Source of the DNA: an uncultured Candidatus Saccharibacteria bacterium
GTDB lineage: Bacteria; Patescibacteriota; Doudnabacteria; UBA920
Length of the DNA stretch: 64,000 nt
Assembly: GCA_964532425.1 (NCBI GenBank)
Contig: CAZHIA010000003.1
Coordinates: 5,594-69,593, forward strand
Direction: 5' to 3'
A program made the translations under genes and the position numbers. Of this stretch, positions 21,901-30,170 are shown piece by piece. Every line of letters begins with the position of its first letter. The first letter of the stretch is position 1. The notes beneath the pieces are model-generated. The model saw only the letters and a program-made list of their open reading frames with translations, was not told where the DNA came from and did no database searches.

Positions 21901-24354
21901 GCCGCTCCCGCCACCATCGTTCGAACCGCCGAACGCGGTAATATTACCACCGCCGCTCCCGAGATCGGTAGGGTTAGTTATCGAACCGTATGTACCGGTC
22001 GCATTCACCTGGCTGCCGTTTCCCCCACTGCCTCCATAGGAGGCCCCGGCATTAAAATTGTGCGGCGTTATTTGAGCTGTCCCCGGACCATATCCTCCGG
22101 TAAAACCTTTCGAGTCAGCCGAAATAGAGCCGCTGACAGTTAAGCTGCCGCCAATATTTGCATTAATCCTTCCTCCGATTGTGCCCGAGGTTGCAACACT
22201 GTGAGTAACTACTGCTCCGGAATATACAATAAAATCCCCGTTTGTACTTAATGGCGCAGACAGGGCGTCATAATTAAAATTGAGGACTGACGCAACCCCT
22301 CCACCCACGACTCCGAGCGTCAGTGAGTTTATTGCAGTCGGACCGTTTATATTGACAGTCGCAGCTGACGCTATCACCGCATCATCTGTTGGTCCAGGGA
22401 CGCTACCGCTGCTCCAGTTTCCACCGTCTTCCCAATTATTCGTACCTGCCCCGCCGGTCCATGAGACCGCTGAATTATAGGCATCGGCGCGAACTCCACC
22501 AAAATCAAAAACCATGTGATGATCTCCCGTACGGAGGTCAAGAAATTTTACGGTAGCCACACTATCACATTGCCACTGGGGAACGTACACGGAATGGTCA
22601 GGACGCTCCTGGACACTAACCGCCTGATCGCCGCAGGCCAAGCTCTCAAACTGCATATCGGCCACGGTATCCTGATCAGCCGGCGAGATCACTAAGTCGG
22701 AAACTCCCGTGGTCATGAATTCGATATCCCAATACTGACCAGTTATCGGATGGGAATATACGTTCAGTACCGAAATTTCTACTGTCGGGTCGACAATGAC
22801 CGGATACGAGGCATCCTTGAGCCACTCGGCGTCCGGGATAACAGTGAGCAAATTATTCTTAAGCTTTAGTTCCAGCTTCTGGCTGACACGGCCAGCACTA
22901 TCGCTCATTTGTGGAGCGGTGATTGAATACAGTTTGTAGAGCGATTGGCCGAGATATCCTTTTTTGTAGAGGTCAATTCTGTTTGGTGAAGCTTGAAGGA
23001 AGTCGTAAGTATCCATATTCAGCAAATACCGGAATTTACGGGGATGGTGAGAATTTTTCAATACAATAGATTCTTTCAAACTTCTTGCAGAGATGTCGTA
23101 CTTCACATCAGTATTCTCAAAAACATCCGAATACGTTACCGTATCACCGGACCTTGTTCCACCTGCTGCTGCCCGAGAACCAATCATAAGCATGGACAGC
23201 ACACTTGGCGCTGGCGACGACCCTTCCGCAATGGTAATCGGTTGTGACAAATCACTCGGTAAGGCAACGTCCGCGGTTTTGGTGGAACGGTGGATCAGCG
23301 AAAATTTCTGCTGGTCTCTGAGTCGATCCTGCAGTGTGTCCGAATTCTGCACTACCCCTTCCTCAGCGACCGGTTCAGAGTATTCGGCTTTAATTTTAAC
23401 TCCATCGATGGAAAGCAGTGCATCGCTCTCATCTCCCTCTCGTAAGGAACCGGGAATGAATCGCATACGAACAGTACTGCTTCCAATTTTCGTCAAAAAA
23501 GGACGAGGAAGCTCATATTCGATAAAGCCACCCATGGCGGCGTTGGAAAATCCGCCATCCAAATTGACCACTCCTGCTTTTTTCCAGGTCTGGTCCTGGT
23601 CAAAATATTCGACTTGCAACTTGGCACCAGGCAGCGGTACAGAAGCCATCGAAATATCAATCTTTAACGTTCGTAGGTAGTCAAGATTTGGAAGGGTTGT
23701 CGAGGAGTCCTCCTGGTGAAAACCAGAAAATTCAAGATCGTAGGCAGTGGCAGAATCCTCCTGGTTTTCATTCGGACTTTGTGTGACTGATGGCTCAGTT
23801 GTGGTTGCTAATACGGACGACTCCGAGCTGCTCGGAGCGGCCTTGTCATCAGAGACGACAGGGTCTGAAATTTGTGGCACAAGATCTGCGCCAACCTCTA
23901 CCGGACCAGAACTGGCAACAGTACTTGTCGCAGCGAGGTTTGCCAATTCTGATTCAATACCAAACGCCTGAACAGCCTGAGTAACATCATCCCCAGCAGA
24001 AGATTTTTCTTCCAGATTGCCAAGAAAACTCAGCTGAGCAGAATTCGACGAAGTAAACATTGATGAATCAGCGTCTGCACCAAGCTCAGTTACGAGAGCA
24101 TTATTTACATTCTTCCAAGCAAATTTTTGGCCACCAGCCCCTGCTACTGCGGTCACCACTTGCGGAACGAATCGCAAGCTGTACAGACTATTGTTTTGGT
24201 CACCTGGAGCGTCAGATTGGCTGGTCGTATCGGCTTTCACGAGGATAACACCAGACTGAAATAATTGCGCAACAAAAAAAACGGCCACCAGAATTCTGGT
24301 TGCTAAAACGGCTAACCTGGGGTAAGTTTTATTTCTGGTTTTTATCAGTTTCAA
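15973..24354 (-). CDS. giant secreted/surface protein (2793 aa) with signal peptide, Gly-rich beta-helix-like repeats, FN3/Ig-like repeats, F5/8 type C (discoidin) domain, Pro-rich stalk and C-terminal TM anchor region
   Basis: N-terminal MKLIKTRNKTYPRLAVLATRILVAVFFVAQLF. Repeated GGSGGNGS / NGGNAFSCW tracts. NAFDGNPNTYWSS discoidin-like motif. Duplicated ~110-aa modules (SSLGPNLFVTNTW... / AYLGNGPLVNGSW...). PPSGGGGGPATPPVSQAPPQTPSVPP linker. C-terminal hydrophobic helices and a carboxypeptidase-regulatory-like segment (VLVDLIDVRSGKEVDHAITDLYGKFGF). Confidence 0.85.
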   Translation of the reverse strand: MKLIKTRNKTYPRLAVLATRILVAVFFVAQLFQSGVILVKADTTSQSDAPGDQNNSLYSLRFVPQVVTAVAGAGGQKFAWKNVNNALVTELGADADSSMFTSSNSAQLSFLGNLEEKSSAGDDVTQAVQAFGIESELANLAATSTVASSGPVEVGADLVPQISDPVVSDDKAAPSSSESSVLATTTEPSVTQSPNENQEDSATAYDLEFSGFHQEDSSTTLPNLDYLRTLKIDISMASVPLPGAKLQVEYFDQDQTWKKAGVVNLDGGFSNAAMGGFIEYELPRPFLTKIGSSTVRMRFIPGSLREGDESDALLSIDGVKIKAEYSEPVAEEGVVQNSDTLQDRLRDQQKFSLIHRSTKTADVALPSDLSQPITIAEGSSPAPSVLSMLMIGSRAAAGGTRSGDTVTYSDVFENTDVKYDISARSLKESIVLKNSHHPRKFRYLLNMDTYDFLQASPNRIDLYKKGYLGQSLYKLYSITAPQMSDSAGRVSQKLELKLKNNLLTVIPDAEWLKDASYPVIVDPTVEISVLNVYSHPITGQYWDIEFMTTGVSDLVISPADQDTVADMQFESLACGDQAVSVQERPDHSVYVPQWQCDSVATVKFLDLRTGDHHMVFDFGGVRADAYNSAVSWTGGAGTNNWEDGGNWSSGSVPGPTDDAVIASAATVNINGPTAINSLTLGVVGGGVASVLNFNYDALSAPLSTNGDFIVYSGAVVTHSVATSGTIGGRINANIGGSLTVSGSISADSKGFTGGYGPGTAQITPHNFNAGASYGGSGGNGSQVNATGTYGSITNPTDLGSGGGNITAFGGSNDGGGSGGGSIILNVAATTTVSGAISANGGNAFSCWDAGGGSGGSVNVVTRTLAGNGAITARGGNACGNASGNGSGGRIAIKYTTDVSSVSYAYYSGTTWPNYGGSGTLYKKAAAQANGDLLLDNNNLNSSGATDERGYGKTPLPVFVMDSVTLKNNAAVYLVGSSSTSTVLTILSNSAYYAQSGTSFSYSSLTWSGTVVDSGGDLAVLRQNQNITIPSGTTLVVAALGASRTYNNVTIDGMLTHAYNTTATTGSASLYKLNWQVNGNLTVSGSGSVNVNGRGYVGGQGPGTSQITPRDNNAGGSYGGSGGNGSAVNAGSPYGSLVNPVDLGSGGGNSSQFGSSNDGGGAGGGAAIFSVTGTTTVDGVISANGSNAFNCWSPGGGSGGSIFITTTNFAGSGSLTSNGGNGCNNGGGGSGGRISVLSSVYNNSVSRSVSGGVGYGAGAAGSLYPASVPSVTSDDVTDILSTTATGHGTILDLPFYQITGYGSVWATYPNPSVPNVNLAILETGTAAASKANIGSASNAFDGNPNTYWSSNQGMSYDLEYDFPVSTVVNKYTITGNNYSGGGDSPRNWTFEAWDGSAWVSLQSISNQVSWANGESRSFNFVNTTPYAKYRLNISANNGGGNTAVAEFKLYDTAGSVASNGITNASGTFISSLTGLAPSTTYHVRMFAMNLKGSVYGTDKTITTGIPNNAPNSPSSLGPNLFVTNTWTASTSPYFTFNLSDPDGADSVKYRIRIDTNSNFSSSQLDYTSALNPQGSYGFTVGQLAGTGTYAIGGPGQVLSDNSSYYWEVQAIDGNGGTSPFSLANSGSIAFKLDSTPPNPGSITFNWLNPDHVDVVVSGASDNLSGIASYNFINLTNSATSTPGGATWTSGGLTPNTKYVFQSQVVDIAGNSASTATSSIYTAAQIPTNATTTVLSATSVRLTWDTNGNPPGTEYYAENSSATSNSGWVTATSTVFAGLSCGNSYSFHVKARNHDGVETAYSAMVSPPASPCNQNPNSPAYLGNGPLVNGSWINLAQPDLHFNLTDPDASDLVGYRMQISTTSDFSGLSVDYTSALAAQGDKTFVVGQNAGSGFYSVGSSAQVLPDSASGYYWRVKTLDQAGAESPWSVANNGLVAFRIDTILPNSGTLSLVSTSTGSVTIAVSGSQDAESGLSVAPYVFSNTDNWDNSGSTAATTWTDTNLPAGTYHYKVRVFDNAGNVGEALLSSQVSVQGAAASGGGGTFDPWASGSETLGFSVYVNQNDPITSTRNVTLQLTGQPGTTLMLVSNLPDLSDATPESYVTTKSWDICQNLGSCGNGTYSVYAKFLNGSGQSSGRVTDSILFQNLTSLVPGTLSVSAVTASSVSVSLTGSADAAYGLAAQPYRYFNRTTAGSSATTSNASWLSTSLVPNTQYDFYAIVTNANNTSGYAPDVFAYTLANVPGNVSTTTVTATAVGLTWDANGNPIGTEYQVENMTASTTTSWISATTTTVSGLACNSHYQFHVKARNANAQETGFSPALDITTSACDLPVQNPPSGGGGGPATPPVSQAPPQTPSVPPTDTGREPVLVPLPPEPAPVSNQPASHRDPDSVQPPVAPAENPPHQTGNLLPGSQAGSSTPIQQIPGEQPPSGGSGSIPASPVTPISPVLEGITSVASNVVRQLGEKISAGRTGIVSMPQLRSMELTSRMATIAIAPTTLTLESSLSTYGLSMNAGSASDIWLYFLRLVYGLLGMLGIRARRRHWGTVYDSKNKQPLDPVLVDLIDVRSGKEVDHAITDLYGKFGFLDKPGLYRIRARKTNYTFPSVHVAGSSDGIYENVYHGEELSVRNGSAPLTPNIPMDQQAFDWNQEDKKRIVKFHPRIEHILNITLELVFWAGLAWTLLVFAMRPNWLNGLFLAVYVVLAVLRKVVPHARLLGRLAGSRDVGGLYLELSPVALPTIVMGKAVTKPNGVFFLKSQPGTYLLKVKEISEDRAVLVYEGQVTIGKQGVLNKTIAIS

Positions 24355-24755
24355 AATAATATTCGCCTATTTCCTATATATTTATTATAACAATGTTACG
24401 TCAAATTTTCGAAAAAAATTCAATATTTTTTATAAAAAATATATCAAAAATTTCAAATCTAAAGACATTGGTAATATGAAAAAAGTTAATGTGATATTTG
24501 TGACGGATTTTCATTTTACAAAACTTTCTTATCATTTTGCTCGTACCGCATTTAAAGTATAGTACTTTTTTATTTCACCCTTCATTCATTAATCAAATCT
24601 GATCTGATTTAATTGCAGTAAATCTCATGATTTTAGCTATATGTTATCCACATAAATTTATAAAATAGTAATTCAGGGTAGGGGTACTTTTGCGGTACGG
24701 GATTGACGGTTGACCCATTCTAATTTTCATTGAACTCTTTTGAAATCAATCGATA

Positions 24756-24784
24756 TTGACTTTTAATGTTTGAAGCTCTATCAT
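24756..24784 (+). promoter_or_regulatory. sigma70-like promoter: TTGACT, 17 nt spacer, TATCAT
   Basis: TTGACT at 24756-24761 and TATCAT at 24779-24784 with a 17-nt spacer, in a 450-bp AT-rich divergent region. Followed by the AGGAGG RBS of the small gene at 24807. Confidence 0.5.
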
Positions 24785-24806
24785 ACCAGGATACTAAGGA
24801 GGCTCC

Positions 24807-25049
24807 ATGGATTATCAGGCTGAATATGACCGCCTGCAACAGGCATGGGACGAAGCCCTTGACCGGGTCTACGATACCAATGAACATACCAAAGTCGTGG
24901 CGTTCACCCAAGACCATCGCGCAGTAACGGACGTTGCGATATACCTGGAGGACAATCGGGCAAACCTAACCGTTGAAGAGACTTTCTTTCTTCAGGTAAC
25001 TGTTGAGCTTCGCAAGGTTGCGCAAAAGATCAGGGAACACAAATCGTAG
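24807..25049 (+). CDS. hypothetical small protein (80 aa), paralog of 25373..25603
   Basis: Strong SD AAGGAGG 7 nt upstream. Weak but consistent similarity to the convergent downstream ORF (DEAL, V.F.QD, YL.DN..L blocks). Confidence 0.6.
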   Translation: MDYQAEYDRLQQAWDEALDRVYDTNEHTKVVAFTQDHRAVTDVAIYLEDNRANLTVEETFFLQVTVELRKVAQKIREHKS

Positions 25050-25303
25050 GACTGGAGGATAATGTGGCAATATGCAATAGGAGCAATGACACGGAAGCAT
25101 AGAAACGGGCAACAACGATCTGCCGTGCGATAGTCCCGCAGGCGACCGTGCCTTGTTCAATCAGGCAGGTGTTGACGGCCCGGTAACAGGAGCCGAGATC
25201 AAACAGCATTTCCTCAACAGCTCTCCCGAGCCGATCCGAACCGGCAAAAAATCAATCCCCGCCTCCAGCCTGCCCGGCCGGCGCTCAGCCGATTAAAAAT
25301 CAA

Positions 25304-25340
25304 ACGACCCGAAATGCAATTTCGGGTCGTTCTTATTTTG
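25304..25340. terminator. bidirectional rho-independent terminator
   Basis: Hairpin ACGACCCGAAAT/ATTTCGGGTCGT with T-runs on both strands, between the two convergent small paralog genes. Confidence 0.65.
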
Positions 25341-25372
25341 TCATTCTCGAAAGAGGCTGGGGTTCATGAAAG

Positions 25373-25603
25373 TCATGGCGACTTGACTGCAATCTTATGA
25401 TACTCGTAGGCCGCACTGAGCATGTAGATTTCCCCATCCGACAACGCATTAACGTTGTCAGCCAGATAGTTGCCGATCGCTTGAGGATCAGTACGATCCT
25501 GTACAAACACAACGGCGGAAGAATCAGGTTTGGAACTCCTGGCACCTCTGAGCGCTTCATCGTACAGCGTTTTCAATAATTCAAGCTCCTCTTCTCGGGT
25601 CAT
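25373..25603 (-). CDS. hypothetical small protein (76 aa), paralog of 24807..25049
   Basis: SD AGGAGG upstream of the ATG. Shares conserved blocks with the 24807 protein. Confidence 0.6.
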   Translation of the reverse strand: MTREEELELLKTLYDEALRGARSSKPDSSAVVFVQDRTDPQAIGNYLADNVNALSDGEIYMLSAAYEYHKIAVKSP

Positions 25604-25770
25604 AAAATCCTCCTGTGGCTGTGCGCATTTTACTCGATTTTACGTACCTCGTCAAGAATATTTTACCAACCCTTGGGTATTGAAAAGTTATCGGACCACC
25701 TTGAAAGAAATAGATGTGCAGTGGATAGATGGATTGCCAGGTTTTAGACATGCCTTACTCGGAATTACCT

Positions 25771-25800
25771 GCAAATAAAAACACCCCTATTCGGGGTGTT
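25771..25800 (-). terminator. rho-independent terminator after rpsI
   Basis: Hairpin AACACCCCTATTCGGGGTGTT followed by a U-run on the minus strand. Confidence 0.6.
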
Positions 25801-25838
25801 TTGATCTGTGTAATCTGCGTGCAGGAGTGATCTGCGAT

Positions 25839-26408
25839 CTAGCGTTTAGCCCACTGCGGGGAGCGGCGAGCTCTCTTGAGTCCGGGCTTCTTGCGTTCCT
25901 TTTCGCGCGGGTCGCGGGTAAGGAAACCGTTCTTCTTGAGCACTTTGCGAATATCATCAGAGAGGCCGGCAAGCGCCATGGAAATACCGTGGCGCAAGGC
26001 CTGGGCCTGGCTGTGCGGACCGCCGCCGGAAACGTTGGCCGTGAAATGAAAATCACTGGCCAGACCGGTCAACTGGAACGGTTTTAAAGCTTCTTCACGA
26101 TAGAAAGAGTAGCCGAAATAATCCTTGAGCGGTTTCTTGTTCACGACCGATTCCCCTTCTCCGGAGAATAATCGCACGTTGGCGATGGAGGTCTTGCGGC
26201 GTCCAGTCGAGAAAATATACTTGTCCTTGGACAAGTGCGGCTTTACGGCAATCACTGGAGTCTCGGCGACGGCAGCGGCTGCAACAACCACTTCCTTTTC
26301 CTTGGCCGGCTCTTTCTTCTTTACGGTGCGCGGCTTGCGCGGAGCCTTGGCTCCGGCGGCTGCGGTTTTCGTAGTCTTAGTTGGCATAATACTTAGTACA
26401 TGTGACAT
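25839..26408 (-). CDS. rpsI: 30S ribosomal protein S9 with Lys/Ala-rich N-terminal extension
   Basis: C-terminus GFLTRDPREKERKKPGLKRARRSPQWAKR and core YIFSTGRRKTSIANVRL are canonical S9. About 55 extra N-terminal residues rich in K/A/P. Confidence 0.9.
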   Translation of the reverse strand: MSHVLSIMPTKTTKTAAAGAKAPRKPRTVKKKEPAKEKEVVVAAAAVAETPVIAVKPHLSKDKYIFSTGRRKTSIANVRLFSGEGESVVNKKPLKDYFGYSFYREEALKPFQLTGLASDFHFTANVSGGGPHSQAQALRHGISMALAGLSDDIRKVLKKNGFLTRDPREKERKKPGLKRARRSPQWAKR

Positions 26409-26476
26409 TTGACCTTTGACATGTGACAGTCAGTATCAAATGTTAATGGTCAAATGTTAATGGTCAAATGTATGAT
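26409..26476. repeat. intergenic word-repeat element (ACATGTGACATTTGACCTTTGACATGT core plus GGTCAAATGTTAAT repeats)
   Basis: CATGTGACATTTGACCTTTGACATGTGACAGTCAGTATCAAATGTTAATGGTCAAATGTTAATGGTCAAATGTA, near-identical to 29713-29775. Confidence 0.8.
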
Positions 26477-26902
26477 CTATATCTTCTTATCTACCTTAAA
26501 GGAATGCTGTGTTCCTTCGACCAGTTTGAGGCGGGCCATGAGCTTCTTGCGGAATTTGAGGTCATCAAGCATGTTGTAGACGGCGCGCTTTAAAACCTGC
26601 TCAGGGTGCTTTTGCAGCTCGGTCTTGAGGGTAGTCGACTTCAGTCCACCGAGATATCCGGAGTGGCGGTAGTACTTTTTCTGCTCGAGCTTCCGTCCCG
26701 TGAATTTAAGCTTGTCGACGTTCGTAGCAACCACGAAGTCACCCATATCCATGTGCGGAGTAAACGCACGCTTGTGCTTACCGCGCAGGAGGTTTGCAAT
26801 CTTGCCGGCAACGCGTCCCATGGTCTGGCTAGTGGCATCGACTTCGATCCACTGCCGCTTGATCTCGGAGACTTTGGGTAATGTTATTTTCTGGCTTTTC
26901 AT
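26477..26902 (-). CDS. rplM: 50S ribosomal protein L13
   Basis: IEVDATSQTMGRVAGKIANLLRGKHKRAFTPHMDMGDFVVATN matches L13. Confidence 0.9.
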   Translation of the reverse strand: MKSQKITLPKVSEIKRQWIEVDATSQTMGRVAGKIANLLRGKHKRAFTPHMDMGDFVVATNVDKLKFTGRKLEQKKYYRHSGYLGGLKSTTLKTELQKHPEQVLKRAVYNMLDDLKFRKKLMARLKLVEGTQHSFKVDKKI

Positions 26903-27022
26903 AAATGTATCGAATCTACGAATCAGACGAATCTTCGAATGTTCTGCGAATCTACGAATCCCTACATTCGTAGTCCTTCGTAGATTCGTTCCATTCGTTG
27001 ATTCGATGTATTAACTGTTAAC
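26903..27022. repeat. imperfect 110-bp palindrome built from ACGAAT/ATTCGT words
   Basis: CGAATCTACGAATCAGACGAATCTTCGAATG...TACGAATCCCTACATTCGTAGTCCTTCGTAGATTCGTTCCATTCGTTGATTCG, centred on TACGAATCCCTACATTCGTA. Confidence 0.75.
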
Positions 27023-27367
27023 TTATTCTACAAATTCCAATACTGCTTTGGACTTCCCCGCTTTGGGATCGTTCAATTTGGTAAGCCGGGTATAACCGCC
27101 CTTGCGCTCTTTGAACTTTGGCCCAAGTACTTCCAGGGCTTTCTTCGCAGCCATCGGAGTCAATTTAGACAGCAGTAACCTGCGGGAATGCAAGGAATTA
27201 ACCTTCGCTTGGGTTACCGCCTTTTCAACATAACTCTTTGCGGCGCGGGCATTGGCATAGCTCGTCTCGATGCGTTCGTACAAAATTGCCGAAGAGGCCA
27301 AGGTGCGGAGCAGTTTGCGCTTGTGGTCGGTTCCCTTACCGATTTTCTTCTTTTTTGCGTGGCGCAT
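27023..27367 (-). CDS. rplQ: 50S ribosomal protein L17
   Basis: MRHAKKKKIGKGTDHKRKLLRTLASSAILYERIETSYANARAAKSYVEKAVTQAK matches L17. Confidence 0.9.
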   Translation of the reverse strand: MRHAKKKKIGKGTDHKRKLLRTLASSAILYERIETSYANARAAKSYVEKAVTQAKVNSLHSRRLLLSKLTPMAAKKALEVLGPKFKERKGGYTRLTKLNDPKAGKSKAVLEFVE

Positions 27368-27463
27368 AATGTTAGTTCAAAATTTAAAGTTCAAAATGCA
27401 AAATTTAGGTGCCGCTTCGCGGCTTCTATAATTTTTCATTTTGCACTTTTCACTTTTAATTGA
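27368..27463. repeat. repeated r-protein leader element (copy 1): AGTTCAAAATTTAAAGTTCAAAATGCAAAATTTAGGTGCCGCTTCGCGGC...
   Basis: About 60 bp nearly identical to 29125-29185. Contains the GCCGC-TTC-GCGGC hairpin and AU-rich tracts. Lies immediately upstream of the rplQ start codon, which has no SD. Confidence 0.8.
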
Positions 27464-28402
27464 TTATTGTCTTCCTAAGAAATCAAGGATCTCTTTCACG
27501 GTTTTCTCCCCGAGTCCTTCCATGTTCGAAATGTCGTCGCTATTCAAGCCTTGCAGCTGGGTCAGCGTCGTCACCCCGTTCTTGGTCAGTGCATTCTTGG
27601 CGCGGGTAGACAAAGGAGAAGCTTCAATTTCATTTTCTCCTGCCGGTTCCGCCATGGCGACAGCGCCTTCCAGCACCGGGGCATCCACAGCCGGCTGAAG
27701 CTCAGCTGGAGCAGTGAAGGTGTCAGAGAAGATCATGGTAAAGTGGTCGACCAGGATATGAGCCGCGATATCAAAGGCTTCTCCGCCTTCAATGCTCCCG
27801 TCAGTCTCCAGGACCATAACCAACTTTTCATAGTTCGTGAATTGTCCCACGCGGACATTCGACACATCGAAGTACGCGCTGCGGACTGGGGTGTAGATTG
27901 CATCAACGCCGATCACACCAACTTCCGGCTTAACGTTCTCGCGGGTCTCAACGGGCTGGTATCCCCTGCCTTGCTCAACCGTGATCTCCATGTCGAACTC
28001 GGCATTCTTGTTGTCCAGCGTAGCGATATGTAGGTCTTTGTTGATGACCTGAACCTGGTCGGTTTCCTTGATATCAGCCGCGGTCACCACACGTTCACCC
28101 TTGACCTTCACCTGAAGCTTCACCGGTTCAGCGGAAAAGCTCTTCACTCTGAGTTGCTTGAGGTTGAGGATGATCTGGATGACGTCTTCCTTGACGTTCG
28201 GAATGGTAGAGAACTCGTGGTCAACGAACTTGATCTTGACCGATGTTACAGCTGCGCCAGGCATAGAGGACAAGAGTACTCTCCTCAAAGCGCTGCCGAT
28301 GGTCACGCCGTAGCCAGGGTAAAGCGGCTCGAGCGTTAAGCTGTACTTATTGCTGCCCAAGGATTCTACCTTGGCCCGATTGGGAAGTGGAATTGCTTCC
28401 AT
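27464..28402 (-). CDS. rpoA: DNA-directed RNA polymerase subunit alpha
   Basis: NTD LTLEPLYPGYGVTIGSALRRVLLSSMPGAAVTSVKI and CTD NALTKNGVTTLTQL are typical RpoA. Confidence 0.92.
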   Translation of the reverse strand: MEAIPLPNRAKVESLGSNKYSLTLEPLYPGYGVTIGSALRRVLLSSMPGAAVTSVKIKFVDHEFSTIPNVKEDVIQIILNLKQLRVKSFSAEPVKLQVKVKGERVVTAADIKETDQVQVINKDLHIATLDNKNAEFDMEITVEQGRGYQPVETRENVKPEVGVIGVDAIYTPVRSAYFDVSNVRVGQFTNYEKLVMVLETDGSIEGGEAFDIAAHILVDHFTMIFSDTFTAPAELQPAVDAPVLEGAVAMAEPAGENEIEASPLSTRAKNALTKNGVTTLTQLQGLNSDDISNMEGLGEKTVKEILDFLGRQ

Positions 28403-28513
28403 ATGTGAGACCCCCTAAGTTTAAGACTTAAGCCGGACGCGGAACGCGTTCGGTGAATTGATACTATGAATGAAGACACATGCGTTCGAATTGTCGAAAC
28501 ACATGAATCTCCT

Positions 28514-29122
28514 TTATGTGCGGCTATAATGTTCAACAATCAACTGGGTGTTGATGGTGTTGCTGATCATTTCCGGCGTGGGCTGTGTCAATACTTTACC
28601 GGAGAGCTTCTGTGAATTCAGCTCCACCCATTCCTGGGTCTTGGAGTTTTTAAGCTGCTCCTTCAACTTTTCCACGAAGGCCTTGCTCTGCTTGACTGCG
28701 CGGATCGCAACGGTATCGCCGACTTTCACGCTGTATGACGGGATATCGACTTTCTTGCCGTTAACTTCGAAGAATCCATGGCTGACAAGCTGGCGGGCTT
28801 GGGCGCGGGTCGCGGCAAAACCCAGACGGAACACCACATTGTCGAGGCGCAACTCGAGCATCTTCAATAAATTGTCGCCGGTTACTCCAGGTTGCTTCAA
28901 TGCCTTCTCGAAGTAAATGCGGAATTGGCGCTCGAGTACTCCGTAATTGATTTTGGCTTTCTGCTTCTCACGAAGCTGCAAGCCGTATTCAGACGGGCGG
29001 CTGCGGCCCTGGCCATGCTGGCCAGGGGCATAGGCTCGCTTTTGAAGGATCTTGGCATCCTTATCCGTAAAGGCCATGCCAAACCTTCTCGCCTTTTTTA
29101 CTTTAGGTCCTGTGTATCGCAT
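28514..29122 (-). CDS. rpsD: 30S ribosomal protein S4
   Basis: MRYTGPKVKKARRFG...LESRLDNVVFRLGFA is canonical S4. Confidence 0.92.
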   Translation of the reverse strand: MRYTGPKVKKARRFGMAFTDKDAKILQKRAYAPGQHGQGRSRPSEYGLQLREKQKAKINYGVLERQFRIYFEKALKQPGVTGDNLLKMLELRLDNVVFRLGFAATRAQARQLVSHGFFEVNGKKVDIPSYSVKVGDTVAIRAVKQSKAFVEKLKEQLKNSKTQEWVELNSQKLSGKVLTQPTPEMISNTINTQLIVEHYSRT

Positions 29123-29232
29123 AATAGTTCAAAATTTAAAGTTCAAAATGCAAAATTGAGGTGCCGCTTTGCGGCTACTATAGATGTCCGCCGAAGGCGG
29201 ACTCCATAACTTTTCATTTTGCACTTTGCATT
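29123..29232. repeat. repeated r-protein leader element (copy 2)
   Basis: AGTTCAAAATTTAAAGTTCAAAATGCAAAATTGAGGTGCCGCTTTGCGGC plus a second hairpin CCGCCGAAGGCGG. Immediately upstream of the SD-less rpsD start. Confidence 0.8.
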
Positions 29233-29703
29233 TTACACTCTCCTGGGTTTCTTGGGACGGACTCCGCCGTGCGGAATAGGAGTCTGGTCCTTAATGGATA
29301 ACACGTTGAGACTGGAGCCTTGCAAGGCTCTGACTGCCGATTCACGTCCGCTGCCGATACCCTTAATGAGCACATCGACTTCGGAAAGGCCGCGATCGCG
29401 GATCCTGGTCAGGACGTCTTCCATGGTCTTCTGGCCGGCGTACGGAGTGGACTTCTTGGAACCTTTAAAACCGATTTTGCCTGCACTGCTCCAGATAATC
29501 ACATTGCCATTCACATCAGTCACGGAAACGATGGTGTTATTGTACGTGGAGTTGATGTAAATCTTGCCTTTAGTGATCTTCGCCTTGGATTTCTTCTTTT
29601 TAGACTTGATCTTCGCAGTAGCATCCGTAGCAGCTGTTTCTTCGGCGGCAGGAGCGGCAACGACGGTCTCTTCGGTAATTGGATTGGTAAGTTCTTCTGC
29701 CAT
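29233..29703 (-). CDS. rpsK: 30S ribosomal protein S11
   Basis: [44 protein letters not shown] matches S11. Start set at MAEEL. Confidence 0.9.
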   Translation of the reverse strand: MAEELTNPITEETVVAAPAAEETAATDATAKIKSKKKKSKAKITKGKIYINSTYNNTIVSVTDVNGNVIIWSSAGKIGFKGSKKSTPYAGQKTMEDVLTRIRDRGLSEVDVLIKGIGSGRESAVRALQGSSLNVLSIKDQTPIPHGGVRPKKPRRV

Positions 29704-29780
29704 AAATAATCTGATACATGTGACATTTGACCTTTGACATGTAACCGTCAATTGTCAAATGTTAATTGTCAAATGTTAGC
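29704..29780. repeat. intergenic word-repeat element (same family as 26409)
   Basis: CATGTGACATTTGACCTTTGACATGTAACCGTCAATTGTCAAATGTTAATTGTCAAATGTTAGC. Confidence 0.8.
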
Positions 29781-30170
29781 TTAGGTTTTTTCTGCCGATC
29801 CCTTGCGTCCGCTGCCGGCGGTCTTTCTGACGTTGCCGCGGCGGGTGCGGGAGTTGGTTTTGGTGCGTTGGCCGCGAACCGGAAGGCCGCGAATGTGGCG
29901 GATACCGCGATACGCGCCGATTTCCTTGACGCGTTTGATATTCAGCAGCACCTGCTGGCGCAATTCACCTTCGACCTTGTAGTTCTTTTCGATATAGTCA
30001 CGCAAGCGGTTGAGTTCGGCCTCGGTAAGGTCCTTCGTCCGCTTGTCAGGGTCGATGTTGGTTGCAGCCAGGATCTTCTTGGACATCGAGAGCCCAATGC
30101 CGTAAATATACGGCAAAGAAGCTTCAATACGCTTTTCGTTCGGAATGTTGATTCCAGCTATTCTCGCCAT
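29781..30170 (-). CDS. rpsM: 30S ribosomal protein S13
   Basis: [26 protein letters not shown] is canonical S13. Confidence 0.92.
   Translation of the reverse strand: MARIAGINIPNEKRIEASLPYIYGIGLSMSKKILAATNIDPDKRTKDLTEAELNRLRDYIEKNYKVEGELRQQVLLNIKRVKEIGAYRGIRHIRGLPVRGQRTKTNSRTRRGNVRKTAGSGRKGSAEKT

Noticed and set aside
24355-24806. AT-rich 450-bp gap considered for a missed gene or mobile element
   Set aside because: No ORF over 30 codons with start context. It reads as a divergent promoter region between the giant surface gene and the small gene at 24807.
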